This document shows positions 41,701-52,300 of a stretch of DNA of 64,000 bases, in pieces (positions within the stretch are counted from its first letter, which is position 1; each line of letters starts with the position of its first letter). The stretch is from positions 11,193,654 to 11,257,653 of the forward strand of contig CM082577.2 of the NCBI GenBank assembly GCA_040954595.2. The letters run 5' to 3'. A program made the translations under genes and the position numbers. The notes under the pieces were generated by a model that saw nothing but the letters and a program-made list of their open reading frames with translations, ran no database searches and was not told where the DNA came from. The DNA comes from Balanoglossus misakiensis. Lineage: Eukaryota > Animalia > Hemichordata.

Positions 41701-42549
41701 AGGTTCAGATGCGAGCTGTTAATTATGGAGGACTGAAGAGTGATATTTTGACATCCAACATTACCATAGAAACATCTCCCCCAGCGCTAACAGGCAAGTT
41801 GTATATGCAAACTCTGTTTTTGGGACATAGCATACAATCACATACTATGATGATGAAACAGAAAGATGACCCTGGCAAGGGTCAATCAAGAGTCAAGAGT
41901 AATATATTTATTAAGCATTGCTTTGACTTGTGCAGTGCCTCTTAATTGTTTTTTTTTACATTCTACATTATCTCCGCACTTTCATTTTTGTATTGAGTTG
42001 TTTGTTTTCACGCCTGGCGCATTTGAAGTAAAGTGATATGATGTGATACAACTTACTGCTCACATTACCTTGTGAAATGAGAAGATCAAGTCGGTATTTT
42101 ACAAACTATACATACAGAGATGGACGAAAAATCTCAATTCGATGAAATTGGGAAAATACACAAAATGTTTCACTTAGCGTGTATATGTACAGCAAATAAT
42201 ATCTCAACGAATTTTCTGTTGACAGTGTCTGGCTAAATTCACATCAGTTAAGTGGTTAAACTTGGCATAATTTGATCTTGTAGGAGAAAATGTGAAGTAT
42301 ACGTGGTCGTCATCAGACACCATCAACATCGGTTGGGATGACGTCTTCCAGAGCAACTCCCCTCTGATTTATGAACTAACAGTCGGTACTGTACAAGGCG
42401 GAAGTGACGTCATCAGGTGGCTCGAGACACATCGCACAAACTATGAATTCCTCGGAGCAGACAGATCCCGGCAATACTACATAACGGTTACAGCAGTGAA
42501 TGAGGCAGCACTGCACAATACGCACACCGATACCGTATCATTTGTGTAA
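15173..42549 (+). CDS. Giant secreted FN3/Ig-like repeat protein (~3341 aa, 54 exons): signal peptide, Cys-rich and EGF-like N-terminus, many beta-sandwich repeats, one CBM/DUF642-like module, no transmembrane helix
   Basis: Exons: 15173-15243, 16369-16466, 17090-17242, 17800-17916, 18368-18613, 18822-18960, 19561-19774, 20047-20224, 20926-21122, 21508-21768, 22258-22466, 22859-22979, 23603-23794, 24213-24422, 24878-25152, 25443-25617, 25794-26012, 26536-26707, 26799-27082, 27183-27383, 27738-27876, 28002-28179, 28295-28513, 28615-28810, 29014-29210, 29506-29725, 30095-30301, 30460-30565, 30674-30790, 31011-31178, 31464-31612, 31855-31983, 32098-32236, 32405-32591, 32788-32999, 33163-33275, 33446-33565, 33830-33958, 34387-34608, 34917-35054, 35254-35431, 35950-36087, 36375-36512, 36669-36799, 37243-37387, 37636-37796, 38178-38421, 38735-39304, 39544-39744, 40136-40326, 40572-40683, 40945-41273, 41589-41793, 42284-42549 (TAA). 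Summed length 10026 nt, in frame. Recurrent motif D(T/S)(S/T)PP..G.V.DG...D.D.Q....L.A.W.GF.D..SGI..Y.W.IGT.PG..D...L..G..YY.TV.A.N.AGL.....S.G. Confidence 0.9.
20319..20666. mobile_element. Palindromic MITE with TTAA TSD, copy 2
   Basis: Same termini and internal sequence as 7757-8105, flanked by TTAA on both sides. Confidence 0.85.
23003..23255. repeat. Intronic TE-like fragment with two ~130-bp direct repeats
   Basis: ATTGTGCACTT..TTAAAAGCATGAAA.TTGGTAC...CCATGGCGG.CATTTT...ATATGGAT occurs at ~23039 and ~23168. Confidence 0.6.
25173..25361. mobile_element. Tc1/mariner-pogo-type MITE
   Basis: TA|CAGTCAAACCT ... AGGTTTGACTG|TA terminal inverted repeats with TA TSD; internal short AGAGGTGGTCA repeats. 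Confidence 0.8.
35610..35915. repeat. Compound microsatellite (ACAT)n(AC)n(ACGT)n(ACAT)n
   Basis: Visible directly; source of the spurious HTYI/MYVC ORFs. Confidence 0.98.
38735..39570 (+). other. Galactose-binding-like (CBM4_9/DUF642-like) module within the FN3 gene
   Basis: NLLRNPSFE...PDEWTVAG...GNVSQQIVTTPGEKYKLSLY...WYEHVYYFTAESGSSTVTIGS...GIAVDNV pattern. Confidence 0.65.
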
Positions 42550-43108
42550 AAGTAACGTGGGTTATATATCTCCGTTTTCAAGTTAAACGTTGTCTAATTA
42601 GTGAAATAATTAATCGGAGTTCTCTGGTGGCACATTTTAGTAATTACTAATGATTCAGAAACAGAGAGATGAGTGTATGTCTCCATCATCTTCCTACATG
42701 TAACACGTTCTTTGCTGGTTTGTACTTGTTAAAATTAACATACTTTACAAATGGTACTTTAACATAATTGACTTCATACATTCAATTCTGTAGCCTTTAT
42801 GGCAGCGGAATACACGCCAGGTTATCAGGGATGTTGACTGGTAAACTGCATTAGCTCTAAGGAAATATTTCTACTAGTTGTGTATCGTTCTAGTTTGATC
42901 ACATATGCATGGTCAATATAACTAAGGGACTGATCAGCTTATACCTCTTGAAATAAGAAATAAAAAAATAGGGGTCACCCTATCCGTTTCCATGGAAATG
43001 GAGCATGAAAAGTACCCCCTGTAGCGAGTGTATACGGTTATACGGACTCCTGTGCCTGAAAGCGACACATGTATCTGACTAGACTAGAGGGGCGCAGACA
43101 GCTCACAA

Positions 43109-43252
43109 ATGGAAATCCATCAACGAAGGCACACCAATGAAAAGCCCCATGAATGCACAGTATGCGGAAAATGCTTCTCCCACAGTTGGACCTTAACAAC
43201 ACACATGAGAGTCCACACATGTACTAATGAAAACCCTTATGATTGCAAAAAG
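43109..43252 (+). pseudogene. C2H2 zinc-finger gene fragment
   Basis: Translates [47 protein letters not shown] (Kruppel-type linker plus C2H2 finger); cut off by the palindrome arm. Confidence 0.75.
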
Positions 43253-43431
43253 AATTTGTTGACCAGAAAATAAGCATTCCCTAGACAGAGTTCTCCAAAT
43301 CCGTAGCACTGACACATATCTGGAGGCATCCCGCCAGTCAATCTGGTTCACCCCAATCACTCAAAGATTTAGCTGCAGCAAGGTGGAGTATGCATACTGA
43401 TGGTGTGGTGAAACTTCAACAAATCACTTGC

Positions 43432-43489
43432 CGCCTTGTCCCACAAACACAAATGCCAGAACCACAGAAATCTTGATAAGTTCGGCCAT
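43432..43489 (-). pseudogene. Inverted orphan copy of signal-peptide exon 1 (GC donor)
   Basis: Identical 58-nt MAELIKISVVLAFVFVGQG exon on the minus strand; donor reads GCAAGT; no downstream exon found. Confidence 0.6.
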
Positions 43490-44519
43490 CTGCCGTGGCT
43501 TAAGATTATTTTCTTCCATTCGATACCCCACCTTCCAGAATTCCGGTAAGATGCTGTAGCTATGTATCTGATAAATTTGACTCTGAGAAAGCTGCAAAAT
43601 CGATTTTCGATTGCTGGGATCAGGGACTGACACAAACTATTATTGCTATGGCTATATATGTATGCTTCCTAACAATTTTATTTGTCAACTATTACAACTT
43701 TAGTTTACGAGCACCCATGACAGTTAGAGAGTCTGGAGATCATGACAGTTCTCTTGGGAATCATTTTGTTGGCGATAAAGATTTCACCGGCTGAGTATGA
43801 GAACAATTCTTATTTTCATCCCAGCCTTTCAGCTTGTACAAAAGAGAACAAAAGATTGCATTACCCTTTGATTTACAGCTGAATGAAATACATTGAAGAG
43901 ATAAATAGACAATGCATATGTTTCCCCCAGACAATACAGAACGGTGTTAAGACTTCTTTACAGATGTGACTCGCCTATGGCACTTCTAGTTTTACTTTGA
44001 TCGCAATTGTATACTGGATAGTTACTTTATTGACAACTGGGCAGGTATTTTGTAAAGTTTCAGCAATATGATCAGATACACGAGTTCGAGTTACCCGAAT
44101 CTAACTCAAAAACATAAGTCCGTGGAAATCATTGGACACATCAAGGAAATGAAACTATTTAGAGGTTATAAACAGCAAGCGAGTGTGTTTTGTTTTGGAT
44201 GCAAGACCTCTCAGGTGGAAATTTGCATATTTGGAGAGAAATACTCACCGAGTGAAGCCAAGCGCACCATTTATAACTTCATTATAATAAGTCTTGCAGT
44301 GAATTTATCAAGATAAAATTTTTTCATCGTGAAGTGGATTATATATCATATAAATTCGATCTCTGTAGCGCCATCGGAATTTAACACAATTGTACTATGG
44401 TTAGGAATCGTCCATATATAGCCATAGCGATAATATTTTGTGTCAGTCGCTGATCCCAGACTCTGAGAAAGTTATCAATATAAAAGTAACTTTGCAGTAT
44501 ACAATTGCGATCAAAATAA

Positions 44520-45784
44520 CAGCGTCAAGGACACTGTGGTCCCATTGAGGATTACACAGGAAAGGGATACACCAGAATAACAATTAAAGGTGACATTGCA
44601 AGCAGATATGATCTAATCATATAGAAATATGGAATGTAAAAAACAATTAACAAGGAACATGGCCAATAAACTGCCATGCAGTCTTACAAGTGGTGCTAGA
44701 AAAATTATTGACCAAAAATTGTCTGTACAAACACATATGACAAGCAACTTCTTTCAGTCAGCCCTGGAACAGACAGACAGACAGACAGACAGACACACCC
44801 ACACACACACAGAAACAGCTGGTGGTCTCTGTAACAGCTGTAAAAGTTATGTAAACATGTTTAAGTTGGGGGTAAGGACTACTTGTAAACTGAAACTTTC
44901 AAAACAACTGGACAATTGGTTTAGGAGATTTGCTAACCAAAAACAAAGAAACTTACAAAAAACTTGCCAAATTATTGAATATTTCTGATATCAGAATCGA
45001 AAAAAAGTTGCAAATGTATGTGTTATGAAATTGTATCCTAAATTTCAAAGCAATCAAAGAAAAAACAAATTTCAAAGCAATTTTACAGAAAATATTTTTT
45101 TTAAAGTGGCAAAAATACAAATATGCAAATATCACCAACGTTGTACAATATCTTACTTCAATCACTAAAAAAATTTCCCCAATAACACAGTTATGCAAAA
45201 TATCAGAATTTTTTTAACAACATCTTACTTGGGTTACCCCTAGGAACATGCCTACCACATTGCAAAGCAACCTGGCATTATAAATATGCAAATTCTGCAG
45301 CAATTTAACAAAAACTTTGGTAACTCAGATCACCTTTATGAAGCTCCATACTAAATTTCAAAGAAGTCGGCTGATCAATTCCAGAAAAGCAGATTTTTTA
45401 CCAAAAATGTGGAAAACAAAAAAAAATGCATAAAAAATAGAAAATTTACACTATTAGCTCAAAACATAGAGAACTGTGTGAGGTTAATATAAGGTACATG
45501 CATACCAATTTTCAAATCAATATGACCAAGGGTTGTTGAGTTTCTGAGTTTTGACCAAATTCAAGTTTTTCCCAGCTAATTTGCATATTTTTGGCAATGA
45601 CAACTTCGTTTGAACAAACTCCCATCTACAGCCCAGCATGCTTCTACACACCAGATATGAGGTTACACGCACAGCGGTTTTCAAGTTTTTGATGTGGACA
45701 GACATACAGACACACATCCATCCATACATACAGACGCAACTGATTCCATAAGGTCCAATGGTACATACCAATGGGACCTAATAA
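44520..45784 (+). mobile_element. Helentron/HINE(DINE-1)-like non-autonomous element(s) in the palindrome spacer
   Basis: (ACAG)n/(CATA)n microsatellite followed by the short hairpin AGGTCCAATGGTA-CA-TACCAATGGGACCT and AATAA at 45695-45784; a similar microsatellite end at 44770-44840. Family assignment is by architecture only. Confidence 0.5.
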
Positions 45785-46142
45785 AACTAGAAGTGCCATA
45801 GGCGAGTCACATCTGCAAAGAAGTCTTAACACCGTTCTGTATTGTCTGGGGGAAACATATGCATTATCTATTTATCTCCTCAATGTATTTCATTCAGCTG
45901 TAAATCAAAGGGTAATGCAATCTTTTGTTCTCTTTCGCACGAGCCGAAAGGTTGGGATGAAAATACGAGTTGTTCTCATATTCAGCCGGAGAAGTCTTTA
46001 TGCACCAACAAAACGCTTCCCAAGAGAACTGTCATGATCTCTAGAATTTCACGAGGAAACTTATTCACCAGTAAACAGAAGACTGGGTACTCATAAACAA
46101 AGATTATAATAGTTGACAAATAAAATCGTTAGGAATCGTCCA

Positions 46143-46176
46143 TATATAGCCATAGGGCTAATAGTTTGTGTCAGTC
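46143..46176 (+). promoter_or_regulatory. TATA + initiator core promoter of the lectin-GAIN gene
   Basis: TATATA at 46143, TCAGTC initiator with A at 46173 (-30 spacing), ATG at 46312; same motif at ~44415(+), ~43657(-) and in the duplicate unit. Confidence 0.6.
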
Positions 46177-46311
46177 GCTGATCCCAGTAACCGAAGATCG
46201 ATTTTGCAGCTTTCTCAGAGTCAAATTTATCAGATACATAGCTACAGCATCTTACTGGAATTCTGGAAAATGGGGTATCGAAAGGAAGAAAATAATCTTA
46301 AGCCACGGCAG

Positions 46312-49300
46312 ATGGCCGAACTTATCAAGATTTCTGTGGTTCTGGCATTTGTGTTTGTGGGACAAGGCGGTAAGTGATTTGTTGAAGTTTCACCACACCA
46401 TCAGTATGCATACTCCACCTTGCTGCAGTTAAATCTTTGAGTGATTGGGGTGAACCGGATTGACTGACGGGATGCCTCCAAATATGTGTCAGTGCTACGG
46501 ATATGGAGAACTCTGTCTAGGGAATGCTTATTTTCTGGTCAACAAATTCTTTAACGGTACTATTTAACGTATTCAACGTTAGCATTAAACATATTAGTGT
46601 TGAAGGACCGAACTGTAGCAAATGCTATCAGTTAAGGAGTCATTCCTCAGCGGAAAATTCGTTCTCCAATTGCCTTTATTCTATCAGAGCTAAACTTTCA
46701 AACACTTAATTTCGATTGTTACTCTCGACTGTTAATCTCATTCTCACAATTTGTTTCAATTTAATAAACATCACTCTAATTATTCGCAATTGTGAAACAA
46801 AAAGCTGTCGTGTATAAGAATGAAGTCTGAAGGTTCTTAGACCAAATTTCATACTGATAGAGGAATCATCTTTCAGGTAATTGTCAGGTGGTTGTTAATG
46901 CTGTCCACGGAAGGCCGGGCAGAGTGATAGAACAGTTCTGTAAAGACTTTGGTCTACGCGTGGTCAAAGATGACAGCGAGACAAAACACCAGAATATAAT
47001 TCAGACACTTAATGAACACGGCTTGGAAGACGCAAAACTGATTACTGATAGGCAGCGCGCAAAACTGATTATTGATGCGCGGTTCGCAGACGACGACAGA
47101 AATGTTGTACGAACCAGCGATGGACAGGAGCTGACGTTCAAGCCCTTCTTGGAAGGTTTCCCGAAGAACCAAGGAGACTGTATAGAAATGAAGTAAGTGT
47201 AATCAATTGCAATCAATCATGTAAATCAATTAAATGTGTCAGTAGTTACCCGTCCTCACCCTGACAGTCTACAAGCGATGACATCATTCAACTTTACCGC
47301 GTGTGTTGTTCGATATTAAGTGCACTGTACACTGTATAAGTTTTCTGCAAAGGTTTTCTGTATATGTTGTCCAGAGCAAAATTGATCTACACTTTACAGT
47401 CATTGTTACACTGTTTACAATTTTGATTTTTGTAGTCTATTTCACCAAGGCCGGTGGAGGAACGTAAATTGCGATCGTAACTATTACACTCCGATATGTG
47501 AAACTTCAAGTAAGTTGAGGTGTACTTGTATAAACTTTCATTTTTGATGACAGATGTGAATAAATGACACCTGGATTCAGGCCAGAAAAGTATTTGGAGA
47601 AATATAAATTTCTGTCGGAAGAATCGCGTTCACTATAATTCTGAATACCCTTCCGTGTTACGTGAGTGTAGTTTTCCCTTTTGTTACTGGTGTTTTTCGA
47701 TTATATTCTCAGTGGAAACATGCCAGACATATGTGTATGAGAATTAATTGTCAGCGAAATGCAAAATCATCATAACATGAAAAAAATACACTAAGTCTTG
47801 TATTTCAGCGATTAAGGTCAGAAAAGTCTTTGAAGAAATATAAATTACTGTTGGCAGCTTAGCTTTCACTATAAAATGTAGACTAGCCCACTAGTCGCTT
47901 GGCGATTTTTAAATCTCAATACTTTTTGTGTTTTCGGTGGTTTTTTGTCTTAATAAATAATTGCAATACTTTTTGCGTGCATGCTTGCCTTGAGCGTGTT
48001 TTTGGTAATGAGGTGAGTTTCGAATTTGGGACTGAGCTTGTGGTTTCGGGTAGCATCGACCTTAACGCGTTAACGCGTCGTATTCGAGTGATGTCCGTAT
48101 TTTGGACGAGTTGCGAAGCAACAAGTCTGTTCGCAACTCATCAAAATACGGACATCACTCGAATACAACGCGTTATCGACCAAAATTCGAGTGATAACCC
48201 CTTTATCATACATGCCTACCTATATAACAGTACGATTTGCGAAAAGGCGCCAAGAAAAACAATTTCATTTCACGGCCGGAAATTTGAACCGGGCGCCCTC
48301 GGATCATGGCAGTAGCCCATAGCCAAGTGAGACAGAGCGATGCGAACAGGTGATCAACGTGTAGACCGTAGTATTATTCTAAGGGGGTTGGCAGCTTTCA
48401 TTACGATGGGCACATCCGCATTCTAAATAAAATTGTCTACATTCTCTTTCAAAATATCATGTTAACAATTATTTCGCATTGAGAATTCTGAAGAAGTAAA
48501 AATGATACATTTAACATGACAAAACTGCCAACTTTGAAATCTTTATTACAGCTTCTATAGAATAACCGAATTTTACCACACCCCTCTTCACTAGAGTCCT
48601 ATGCCCCGTACGTCGCTCGCGCGTGCACTGAACTGTCGCGCCGATCACTGAGTCAACGCTGTGTGATGATTTCAGTGCGTTCTGGGAAGTTACGCGCATG
48701 CGCTTGAGACGAGCTACCCGCTTTAATTTTGTTAATACTTGCATGCAAGGGGAAAATTTCAATGAGTTTTAACACAGTTTTACCATTTTATTGTAATTGG
48801 GTTTTTTCGATTATAAAATTCAATACATTTGTGCATAAAATTTTCTGCGAAATGCAAAATCATCATTACATGGAAAAATCAACTTGTATTTCAGCAACAT
48901 CCGAGCTTATATCCTTTTATAAGGCAGACAAAGTGGGCGCACATCAGCTGTGTAACAGTCTCGGCTTTTATTTTGTGTCCATCATAAACAAGCGGGATGA
49001 AGAAAAGCTATTTTATCACTGTAGTCCCAAGTGTAAACGGAATATTAGTTTTATGACGTGGATAGATGCACACATCGCGGCTGACAATACAGTGAAGACA
49101 AGCAGTGGTTTGGTGTTGGAGTACACGCCATTTGCCAGAGGCCAGCAGATCGACCCCGGAATGTGCATTGCCCTAGAGTGAGTGCAAATCAGTTGTGTTT
49201 TTCATAAACTTATAAATTATGCCACACTCTATGTAGCTTCATTTGCATAAGATACACAAAGTATTATGATATACCATATGGATATACACAGCATATACTT

Positions 49301-52300
49301 TTAGTATACTAAAGTTGTACTTTACAGAGATTGACCACGGGTGCAAATCACGTATAACCAAACTACACATTTTCCAAAAAAAATCACTACCAGGGCCCAT
49401 GTATTCACCAATGATGTGTGTGCAAATGAGCATATTGTTTGTTTTAAGAATTTAATGAACATAGACACACTTTTTTCTCAAGTTTGATCGATACGAAAAG
49501 TTGCTAACAAATGAGAGACAATCAACATTACACAATTTTAATGGTACGCTACCTTGTATTTGATTTGCTATTTTTAACTGACACTTCATGATCCGAGTTC
49601 CTTTATTTTGACAGATGTTTCACAAATACATTACACTGCCCATGGCTTACTGTACCTTGTGATGAGGGAGATTCGAGACCGATTTGGTATTTTTGTGGTA
49701 AGGGCAAATTACTAGTGAAACCAAATGGTACTTCTTTTCATACGACAATGTGAAATCTTTGCTAAGAACTACAGAACTGTCACAATCCATTTAAAATTTG
49801 GTGATCTAAAAAACAACGAGTTTACATCACCCTGAGTGAAAAGGCTTCTTTTAGTGCATGCATGGCTAAATTGCATGTCAGTTACGGTGATGCCATTATT
49901 CGTACATTTGGAACCAAATTTCTTGAGAATCTCTCATTTACGCTAGATATTAATTTAGCAATCTATATAAATTAACTTAAACATTACTTGCACGGTGTGA
50001 GTAGTGTCAGTACCAAGCTTCGTTATCATTATTAAAATCAATCATAATACAATCCCTTTCATTAGGAAGGTTTGATTACTGAGTTACACCATCTATAATA
50101 GATATTGCAAGAGATATCAAATTGATGCGTTGGAGGTGTAATCTTTATTCAATAAAGTTTGTCAAGCGTCGTGTGGGAGGTAGATTGTAGTCATCGTGTT
50201 AAAGGTCTGTGAAATGTGATCTCCGGTGAACTTAAGTCTTGCAGTGAAGTTATCAAGAATGAAATGGACGCACAGACTCGCAGAGTTTTTCAAGCGTCAC
50301 GTGTGAGGTAGATTGTATTCATCCTGTTAAGGTGTGTGAAATGCGATCCATTGCAGTGAATCTTTCAAGATACAAATTTTTCATTATGAAATTTATTATT
50401 TATCATATAATTTCGATCGCTGTACCGCTGTCAGAATTTAACACAATCGTACTATGGTTATGAAACCTAATACTTTAAGACTTAGTTTAAGCTTATTCAC
50501 ATTAGGCGTTTCTTTTGTGTGGAGAAGCATCTCCCGGGCCGTGCACGACACACCGTTAACGCAATGTATAGGTCATTTTATATGCATGGTTGTAGAATTG
50601 CTGATGGAATTATTGAAATATACACATATTTTGACAGCATACTTGAGCCTATGGGCTTTCTGATTAAATAAATGACTATTAAGCTCAATTAAAAAAAAGT
50701 AAAGATTTTATTACACTCACGCAGTTTATATACATGTTTGTGTCATTTTCACTGTAGATAATGACGACTTTCGTCCTTATCTGATACCAAGTTTGGCCGC
50801 AATAAATGGCACTGGAAAGCAGACGACAACTCTTGTAAGGGAACACCTATTTTGAAATTGCACAGTTGTTGTACATTGCACTATGAAACCACAAAACCTA
50901 TCTTCGTCCACTAAAGGTTAGAAAGAACAGGGATAAATGCACTATCGAAACAACCATGATGTGTAACATGTCAGAGTGGGTGCAACATGGATTAATAATA
51001 CGTATAATAATAATAATAATAATAATAATTGTGCTCTTCTTCGTTTTGACCTGAATGTTCCGTAACGTAGAAACAAGAAAATTCAGACATGTTGGAACTG
51101 AAAAGTAAAAACATCGATGAATTTGCTTTAATAATAATAATTTCTGAAATGAATATTTCAGTACTGTACTGTACACAATTACTATGACATTTCTCTCTCG
51201 ACAGAATCTTGCAGTGATCGACAATCTGGTCAGTTTCACCTCAGAATTTGTCAACAAAAACGCACTGTTTGAGGATAGCATTCTGCTTTCGCAAGGTTTG
51301 CCGATTAAATTTCTCTTTGTTTTCTGGAAATTCTGTAATTTCAAACTGACGGTTAACGTTTCCTTCAAACCTTTTCAGAAATACTGAATATCATTCAAGA
51401 TGTCCTCGACACAATACAGTCCCTGATAGACGTTGATCCGAGTCAAAAGTTGACTCTAAACCAATCCAACGACTTGACGAAGAAAGTAACGGAAATAGTC
51501 GACCATCTGTCAATGTTTGTACTTCGCATGGCCGAGAGTGACAATGTAAACGTAGTGCTAAATACATCTTCACTCGTTCTCAACGCGGAAAAGAAATCCG
51601 CCAAGGAATTATTTGACCTCAGCGTAATGATAGGAGATGGAAGCGGATTCGAGTTTCCGCCAATAGATGACGTGTTTCCAAACGTGCGGCCGAACGTTGT
51701 TTGGAGCCGAATGGTTAGTATACATCGCCGTCCTTTGTTAGTCACAAAGAAGTGGTTTACCACAATGGGGGGGGGGGGGGGTGTGCTTTACTTACAGTAT
51801 ACATGTACAGCAATTCTAGTAACTAGTATTTCACGGTCGACTATGGACTATGGATCCTTGAAAAAAAAAACCTACATATATGAATCGTAGCTCTCATTTT
51901 TCTGTGGAAAAAGCAGAAATAATACTCATCCAGTGTAACCTGTGCATTAATGAAAGTTGTCTTTGAGCAATGATTGGCCATCAAGGAAGCCCTATATTAT
52001 TTAAAAGTTTGAAATCTTCATCATTCCCATTCGGTCGGTGAAAAACCTTCACAATAGACAGATTTCCCACCAATAATATTTTTTTCATTATTCCAAATAA
52101 ATTGATTGTCATTATTTTATACAATAAGATATATATAAAGATATACAATATTTTAAATACACTTGGATAACTGGCGTCTTCCGCAGTCGTCTGTTTTCTA
52201 TAAAACACACAATTGCCATCGATGAATTTTAAGCATACACACACTCGTGGATCGCTTTATATTCTAACACAGGAGGGTAATTTTGTTTATTAATTCTTTC

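Larger units (their letters stand above)
43249..46552. repeat. Large inverted repeat (arms 43249-43994 and 45782-46552, ~1.8-kb spacer)
   Basis: Arms are reverse complements; the ORF pairs 43424-43633(-) and 46168-46377(+) reflect this. Confidence 0.95.
43006..49120 (+). repeat. Segmental tandem duplication, copy 1 (the part matched within the window)
   Basis: Colinear and near-identical to 57255-64000; period ~14.3 kb. Confidence 0.97.

Noticed and set aside
42983-43002. RFX X-box-like palindrome GTTTCCATGGAAAT upstream of a polycystin-like gene
   Set aside because: It lies 3.3 kb from the ATG, outside the duplicated unit and in probable repeat sequence; too weak to call
43369-43635. Standalone small ORFs (MCQSLIP.../MSVPDPS...) repeated four times
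   Set aside because: They begin at non-ATG codons and overlap the 5'UTR and exon 1; only MAELIK...GQG followed by a splice donor is credible
43249-46552. Foldback/Mutator transposon defined by the long inverted arms
   Set aside because: The arms consist of host promoter/exon/intron sequence and no TSD flanks them
47554-47620. Candidate exon 3 of the lectin-GAIN gene after TTTTGATGACAG
   Set aside because: In-frame stop within three codons; 49615-49697 completes the lectin domain instead
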